Assembly (NCBI GenBank): GCA_034520945.1
Contig: JAXHNB010000002.1
Span: 256,001 to 320,000 of the forward strand
Source of the DNA: Trueperaceae bacterium
GTDB lineage: Bacteria > Deinococcota > Deinococci > Deinococcales > Trueperaceae
Direction of reading: 5' to 3'
Length of the DNA stretch: 64,000 nucleotides
This document shows, piece by piece, positions 58,664 through 64,000 of this stretch. The translations under genes and the position numbers were made by a program. Below the pieces are notes generated by a model, which saw nothing but the letters and a program-made list of their open reading frames with translations, did no database searches and was not told where the DNA came from. Every line of letters begins with the position of its first letter. Within the stretch, counting starts at the first letter, position 1.

Positions 58664-59277
58664 GTCGTCTCCAGGCCCGTGGGGACGTCCGGGACGACCG
58701 CGCGCCACTGCACGACGAAGTCGTCGAGATCGGCGAAGTGGATGCCGTGGAACCCGAGCGCGCGGCAGGCATCGACGTTGGCCGCGCTGTCGTCGACGAA
58801 CACCGTCTCGTGGGGGGCGACACCGAGCGCGTCGCTCAAGGCCGCGAAGGCGTCCGGATCGGGCTTGCGAACGCCGATCTCGTTGCTGAACACGAACGAC
58901 TCGAAGCGCCGCATGCGTGGGTCGTCGCGCACGCGGTCGCACAACTCCGGCACGTTGTTGGACAGCATGCCTACGCGGTAGCTCGTCGGGATGCCCCCCA
59001 GCACCGAGAACATGGCGATGCGTTCCTGGACCGAGCCCAGAAAGGTCTCACGGAACGTGGCCAGGTCGAGATCCAGACCCGCGGCCTCGGTCAAGCGGCG
59101 GTGAAAGGTGGCCATGTCGAAGGCGCCGACCTCGAACTCCGCCATCAGCGGCAGGTAGGCCGCCTCCACGCGTTCGGGCGGAACGTCGCCGGCCGCGGCG
59201 AGCGCCTGGATGGCGCGTCCGTCGAAGGTGCCTTCGGTGAAGATCCCCCCCCAGTCGAAGGCGATGGCTCGGATCAC
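58660..59277 (-). CDS. HAD-family phosphatase
   Basis: FDWGG, LSNN, KPDP, FVDD. Confidence 0.9.
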   Translation of the reverse strand: MIRAIAFDWGGIFTEGTFDGRAIQALAAAGDVPPERVEAAYLPLMAEFEVGAFDMATFHRRLTEAAGLDLDLATFRETFLGSVQERIAMFSVLGGIPTSYRVGMLSNNVPELCDRVRDDPRMRRFESFVFSNEIGVRKPDPDAFAALSDALGVAPHETVFVDDSAANVDACRALGFHGIHFADLDDFVVQWRAVVPDVPTGLETT

Positions 59278-59347
59278 GTGGCCTCCCTCCGCGCCGCTCT
59301 GGCGGCGCCGGCGCGCACCCTATCGCACGTGGCGTCGCGCCCAGGCG

Positions 59348-60190
59348 TCATGCCGCGCCCGTGGCGTCGCCTCCGGCGGCCGGCACGGCGGCTCTGGGAC
59401 CGACCTCGTCCTGGTACCAGCGGAAGAAGATCGCGATGAACGGAATGCCGAACGCGAACAGGCCCGCCACCTTCATGACCGCTCCGCCGAGGGCTTGCTC
59501 CGACAGGGCCGGCATGCCGAGGGTCCAGGCGGCGTTGGCGTAGGTGGGGTACAGGACCTGGTCCGAGAAGGTGATCGCGCCGAATACCGGGATTTGGAAC
59601 ACGGGGAGCAGGAACAGGTAGATCAGGCGCACCACGTGCGGCGGACGGGGCAGTTCCGGTAGGGGACTCAGCAGGGGCCACCACAGCAGAAGCGAGGTCG
59701 CCAGGAAGATCAGGTGCTCGGTGTGGTGCAGCGTGCCGTTGTTCAACGCCCCTTCGTACACCGCCGGAATGTGCCATGCGGAGAAGGTGACCGTGAACAC
59801 GGCGAACGCGACGAGCGGCTGCGTGAGGACGCGCGCCACCGGCGCCGTGAACCGTCCGAGCATCAACGGGCGTAGCATCCACGCGGGGACGCTGGCCAGA
59901 AGCAGCGGCGCGGCCAGGTACGCGATGCCCAGGTGTTGCACCATGTGTGCCGTGAAGCTGTAACGCTCCGCCAGGTCGTGCAACGGCGAGCCTTCGAGCA
60001 GGTACAGCAGGATCAGGCTGGCGTAGTACCCGGCGGCGGAGCGCCTGGGGAACGGCGTGCCGGGTGCCAACCGGGCCCGAAGCGGTCCCGCGGCCAGACC
60101 GTAGACCGTCGCGAGGGTCACGAGCCCGCCGAGAAGGACCGGATCGGTTTGCCAGCTTAGGTAGAGAGGCGAGGGTGGCATCGACGACAT
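59348..60190 (-). CDS. ctaG: Cytochrome c oxidase (caa3) assembly factor, CtaG-type
   Basis: SPLHDLAERYSFTAHMVQH, WHIPAVY, HHTEH, EQALGG.VMK. Confidence 0.88.
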   Translation of the reverse strand: MSSMPPSPLYLSWQTDPVLLGGLVTLATVYGLAAGPLRARLAPGTPFPRRSAAGYYASLILLYLLEGSPLHDLAERYSFTAHMVQHLGIAYLAAPLLLASVPAWMLRPLMLGRFTAPVARVLTQPLVAFAVFTVTFSAWHIPAVYEGALNNGTLHHTEHLIFLATSLLLWWPLLSPLPELPRPPHVVRLIYLFLLPVFQIPVFGAITFSDQVLYPTYANAAWTLGMPALSEQALGGAVMKVAGLFAFGIPFIAIFFRWYQDEVGPRAAVPAAGGDATGAA

Positions 60191-60264
60191 GCTACGACGC
60201 GGGCCGGGTCAGCGCCCGGCCCGCGATTACGCGCCTACCGAGATGGGCCTGCCCAGGCCCGCCA

Positions 60265-62375
60265 TCAGGGCAGGGACAGCTCTTCGCGTTCGTCGTGTTG
60301 GTCTTGGGGGGTGAGGTTTTGGTCGCGTTGGTTGGCGATGTCGTTGGGGGTGATGGGGGGGATGTCGTTGGGGGTGGTGGTGTCACTGAGGGTGTAGAGG
60401 GTGTGGTTGAGGGTGGCGGCGAGTTGTTCGTCGTCGAGTTGGTTCCAGGCGGGCATGGCGCCGTTGTAGGTGGTGCCTTGCACGTCGATGGGGCCTTGGA
60501 GTCCGTAGAGGAGGACGTGCGTGAGGTAGGTGCGGCCGCCGTCGCGGGTGGCGAGGTCGCTGGTGTGCCCGGCGAGGGGTGGGAACGCGCCGGGGATGCC
60601 TTGCCCGTTTGCTTGGTGGCAGGAGGCGCAGTTGCTGGCGTAGGTGTCTTCGCCGAGCGTTTCGTTCCAGCTGGCCGCTTGCGCGTCGTTTTCGCCGTCG
60701 GCCGCCGCCTCTGCGTCGCCTTCCCCTTCGGGCGCGGGTTCTTCGCCTTCAGCTTCGTCGTCCGCCGCTGCGTCGTCCGGTTGGGCTTCGTCGGCCGCGG
60801 GTTCGTCGGTGTCGGCGAGGAGTTCTTCGCGTTCGTCGTGTTGGTCTTGGGGGGTGAGGTTTTGGTCGCGTTGGTTGGCGATGTCGTTGGGGGTGATGGG
60901 GGGGATGTCGTTGGGGGTGGTGGTGTCACTGAGGGTGTAGAGGGTGTGGTTGAGGGTGGCGGCGAGTTGTTCGTCGTCGAGTTGGTTCCAGGCGGGCATG
61001 GCGCCGTTGTAGGTGGTGCCTTGCACGTCGATGGGGCCTTGGAGTCCGTAGAGGAGGACGTGCGTGAGGTAGGTGCGGCCGCCGTCGCGGGTGGCGAGGT
61101 CGCTGGTGTGCCCGGCGAGGGGTGGGAACGCGCCGGGGATGCCTTGCCCGTTTGCTTGGTGGCAGGAGGCGCAGTTGCTGGCGTAGGTGTCTTCGCCGAG
61201 CGTTTCGTTCCAGCGGGTCGCTTGCGCGTCGTTTTCGCCGTCGGCCGCCGCCTCTGCGTCGCCTTCCCCTTCGGGCGCGGGTTCTTCGCCTTCAGCTTCG
61301 TCGTCCGCCGCTGCGTCGTCCGGTTGGGCTTCGTCGGCCGCGGGTTCGTCGGTGTCGGCGAGGAGGGTTTCGCGTTCGTCGTGTTGGTCTTGGGGGGTGA
61401 GGTTTTGGTCGCGTTGGTTGGCGATGTCGTTGGGGGTGATGGGGGGATGTCGTTGGGGGTGGTGGTGTCACTGAGGGTGTAGAGGGTGTGGTTGAGGGTG
61501 GCGGCGAGTTGTTCGTCGTCGAGTTGGTTCCAGGCGGGCATGGCGCCGTTGTAGGTGGTGCCTTGCACGTCGATGGGGCCTTGGAGTCCGTAGAGGAGGA
61601 CGTGCGTGAGGTAGGTGCGGCCGCCGTCGCGGGTGGCGAGGTCGCTGGTGTGCCCGGCGAGGGGTGGGAACGCGCCGGGGATGCCTTGCCCGTTTGCTTG
61701 GTGGCAGGAGGCGCAGTTGCTGGCGTAGGTGTCTTCGCCGAGCGTTTCGTTCCAGCTGGCCGCTTGCGCGTCGTTTTCGCCGTCGGCCGCCGCCTCTGCG
61801 TCGCCTTCCCCTTCGGGCGCTTCCATCGCCGCGTCCAACGACGCGAGCGTGTAGGAGGGTTCCGCCGCGGCCGGGGCCTCGATGCGGAAGGAGCGGTCCT
61901 TGGGGCGTGCCGCGTCGAGGATGCGGTCGGTGCCGCGGCTGTAGCCGTCACTTTCGATCAGTGCGACGACGTCTTCTGGGAGGTGCGCCTCGCCGTGTCC
62001 TCCCTCCTCGCCCTCTCCCGCGCCGAGGTATCGACCTTCGGGGGCGAGTTGTGAGCGTACGTAGTTCACGCTGGCGGGGACGGTCATCAGGAAGGTGAAC
62101 GCGATGAAGGTTCCCATCGCCAACACCATGCCGCTGGCGAAGAAGCCGGAGTAGGCGGGATGGTCCCCCTTGAGGTGCATGAAGTACATGATCACCATGA
62201 GGAACTTGACCAAGGACAGGATGATGAGTGTCCACAACGTGAGGGCGTCGCCGAGGAAGGGGATCTCGTACTCGACGATCGCGAACTCGACGTAGGTGAT
62301 GACGGCGAGGATCAGCGCGACGATGATGTAGCCGCGGACGCCGTGGTCGTGCTTCGAGTTGGGGTCTTGTGCCAT
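60265..62375 (-). CDS. Cytochrome c oxidase subunit IV fused to three tandem cytochrome c domains; 1-base deletion in the G run at 61441-61446
   Basis: N-terminal COX4-like ILAVITYVEF..KFLMVIMYFMHLK; three copies of YASNCASCHQANGQGIPGAFPPLAG...GAMPAW. Confidence 0.85.
60281..61820. repeat. Near-identical 543-bp tandem repeat, about 2.8 copies
   Basis: Heme motifs at about 60616, 61159 and 61701 (spacing 543 and 542); only a few substitutions near 61215 and 61366. Confidence 0.95.
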
Positions 62376-62382
62376 GCCGTCC

Positions 62383-63003
62383 TTAGATGAAGTCGACGAG
62401 GTAGACGAGGGTGAAGATCACGATCCAGACGATGTCGACGAAGTGCCAGTACAATCCAGCGACCTCGAGGTAGACGGCGTCTTTCGCGCGCATCGGTCGG
62501 ACGTAGCTCGCGATCACGATCGATAGGAGCCACAACACGCCGACGGCGACGTGGACGCCGTGCGTGCCGGTCAACACGTAGAAGGTGGAGCCGAACAGGT
62601 TGGCGTCCAGGGTGAGCCCCTCGGCGACGAAGTGGCTGAACTCGAACACCTGGAAGCCGAGGAAGATGGCACCGAAGAACGCCACGCCGAACGTCCACAG
62701 GCGGAAGCGTGGAATGTCGTTCTGGCGGAGGGCGTGCAACGCGATGACCATCAGGAACGAGCTCATCAGCAGCACGAAGGTGCTGATCGTGGTGAGCGGG
62801 ATGTCGAACAGGTCCAGCGGGTAGGGCCCCGTGATGCTGCGGCCCTTGTAAATGAGGTACGTCCCGATCAGCGTGCCGAAGAACATGCAGTCGGAGGCCA
62901 GGAAGACCCACATCAGCAGCTTGCTGTCCGGCAGGTTGCTGCTTCGGTACCCGTGGGCGTGTTCGCTCACGGGCGTCCCGGCGTCGTGCGCTTGGCTGGC
63001 CAT
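62383..63003 (-). CDS. Cytochrome c oxidase subunit III
   Basis: WVFLASDCMFF, TFVLLMSS, FYVLTGTHGVHV, GLYWHFVDIVW. Confidence 0.93.
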   Translation of the reverse strand: MASQAHDAGTPVSEHAHGYRSSNLPDSKLLMWVFLASDCMFFGTLIGTYLIYKGRSITGPYPLDLFDIPLTTISTFVLLMSSFLMVIALHALRQNDIPRFRLWTFGVAFFGAIFLGFQVFEFSHFVAEGLTLDANLFGSTFYVLTGTHGVHVAVGVLWLLSIVIASYVRPMRAKDAVYLEVAGLYWHFVDIVWIVIFTLVYLVDFI

Positions 63004-64000
63004 CAGTCGCCCACCCCCTCGTTCGCGCCGTGCGTGCGTGGATGCACGTGGTGACCGCCGACGCCTTCGAACGCCCAGGCGTACGTGGACGCCGTCACCA
63101 GCACGCCCATCAGGATCGCGAGCATCCAATTGTGATACAGCACGCCGTAGCTGCCCAGGAAGATGAACAGGGCCATGAAGAGCGGGTACCACGACTGACC
63201 GGGCATGTGGATGCCGCCGGCATCGTAGTCGACGCCTTCGTGCTCGCTGCCGTGATCGCCCTGATCCTCGGGCGCCAACTCGGGATGCTTCTGCGCCCAG
63301 AAGGGGTCACGGTCCGTGGCGATCGGCTGCTTGTCGAAGTCGTGGTCCAGGGGCGGGCTGGTGGTGCTCCACTCGAAGGTACGACCGTCCCAGGGGTCGT
63401 TGCCGGCACGCTCGCCGTACCGGAACGCCCACACCACGGACAGCAGGATCAGGATCATGCCGGTCCCCATCACGTACGTTCCCGACGTGGAGACGAAGTT
63501 CCACACCGTCAGACCGAGCCCTTCGTCGTACGTCTGGACGCGGCGCGGCATCCCCATCAGGCCGGCGAAGTGCTGCGGCATGAAGATGATGTTGAAGCCC
63601 ACGAAGAACAGCCCGAACGCCCATTTGCCGAGTCGTTCCGGCAACAGCTTGCCGGTCATCTTGGGGAACCAATAGTACAGCCCGGCCAGGAACGCGAACA
63701 GCGCGCCGCCGCCCATCACGTAGTGGAAGTGCGCCACGATGAAGTACGTGTCCTGTGCCTGCGCGTCGAACGGCGGCATCGCGACCATGATGCCCGTCAC
63801 CCCGCCGAGGGTGAACATGAACAGGAACGCGATGGCGTACAGCATCGAGGTGGTGTAGCGGATCGCGCCGCCCCACATGGTCCCGAGCCAATTGAAGATC
63901 TTCACGCCGGTAGGGACGCCGATCACGAAGCTGGTGAGGCTGAACGCGGTATTGGCGACGGGCCCGAGCCCGGTGGTGAACATGTGGTGGCTCCACACGG
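63003..64000 (-). CDS. Cytochrome c oxidase subunit I, 5' truncated by the window edge
   Basis: WSHHMFT, PTGVKIFNW, YFIVAHFHYV, GMPRR, DPWDGRTFEW. Confidence 0.95.
   Translation of the reverse strand, partial: VWSHHMFTTGLGPVANTAFSLTSFVIGVPTGVKIFNWLGTMWGGAIRYTTSMLYAIAFLFMFTLGGVTGIMVAMPPFDAQAQDTYFIVAHFHYVMGGGALFAFLAGLYYWFPKMTGKLLPERLGKWAFGLFFVGFNIIFMPQHFAGLMGMPRRVQTYDEGLGLTVWNFVSTSGTYVMGTGMILILLSVVWAFRYGERAGNDPWDGRTFEWSTTSPPLDHDFDKQPIATDRDPFWAQKHPELAPEDQGDHGSEHEGVDYDAGGIHMPGQSWYPLFMALFIFLGSYGVLYHNWMLAILMGVLVTASTYAWAFEGVGGHHVHPRTHGANEGVGD

Noticed and set aside
60192..61440. Pro/Thr-rich mucin-like C-terminus of the 727-aa ORF
   Set aside because: It is the wrong-frame reading of the cytochrome c repeats after the missing G at 61441-61446.

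Overview
GC-rich chromosomal window, most likely from a Deinococcota bacterium (Truepera-like; inference). Support: a Gfh1-type Gre factor, a tandem double-OB SSB, DUF3208- and DdrH-like proteins, a 23S-5S-tRNA-Gly operon with its own promoter and no 16S, and about 15 genes with a TANNNT box just before the start codon. Most genes are housekeeping: moaA, polyamine and osmoprotectant ABC transporters, PFOR, lysS, amtB-glnK, nfo/nucS, pccB and a caa3-type oxidase cluster. Best candidate for an undescribed system (12677-16865): a small secreted precursor with four identical AGSGSVVIPDVG cores encoded by different synonymous codons. It is followed by a hairpin and an EAL-only gene, and faces a divergent 59-aa ORF plus an 821-aa helical-repeat/HTH regulator, which suggests a peptide-signalling module. 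Other highlights: (1) a group I intron at 23S position L1931 with a LAGLIDADG endonuclease, next to an unusual base-pair flip in helix 69; (2) an oxidase subunit IV fused to three near-identical 543-bp cytochrome c repeats; (3) a decayed island with an IS30 remnant, an internally deleted ParE toxin and DUF2249 fragments; (4) an orphan promoter with a candidate sRNA; (5) a GldC-like orphan; (6) an SSB without its acidic-Phe tip. Five single-base frameshifts in G runs are probably sequencing errors. All family assignments come from motif recognition by eye; no database searches were run.
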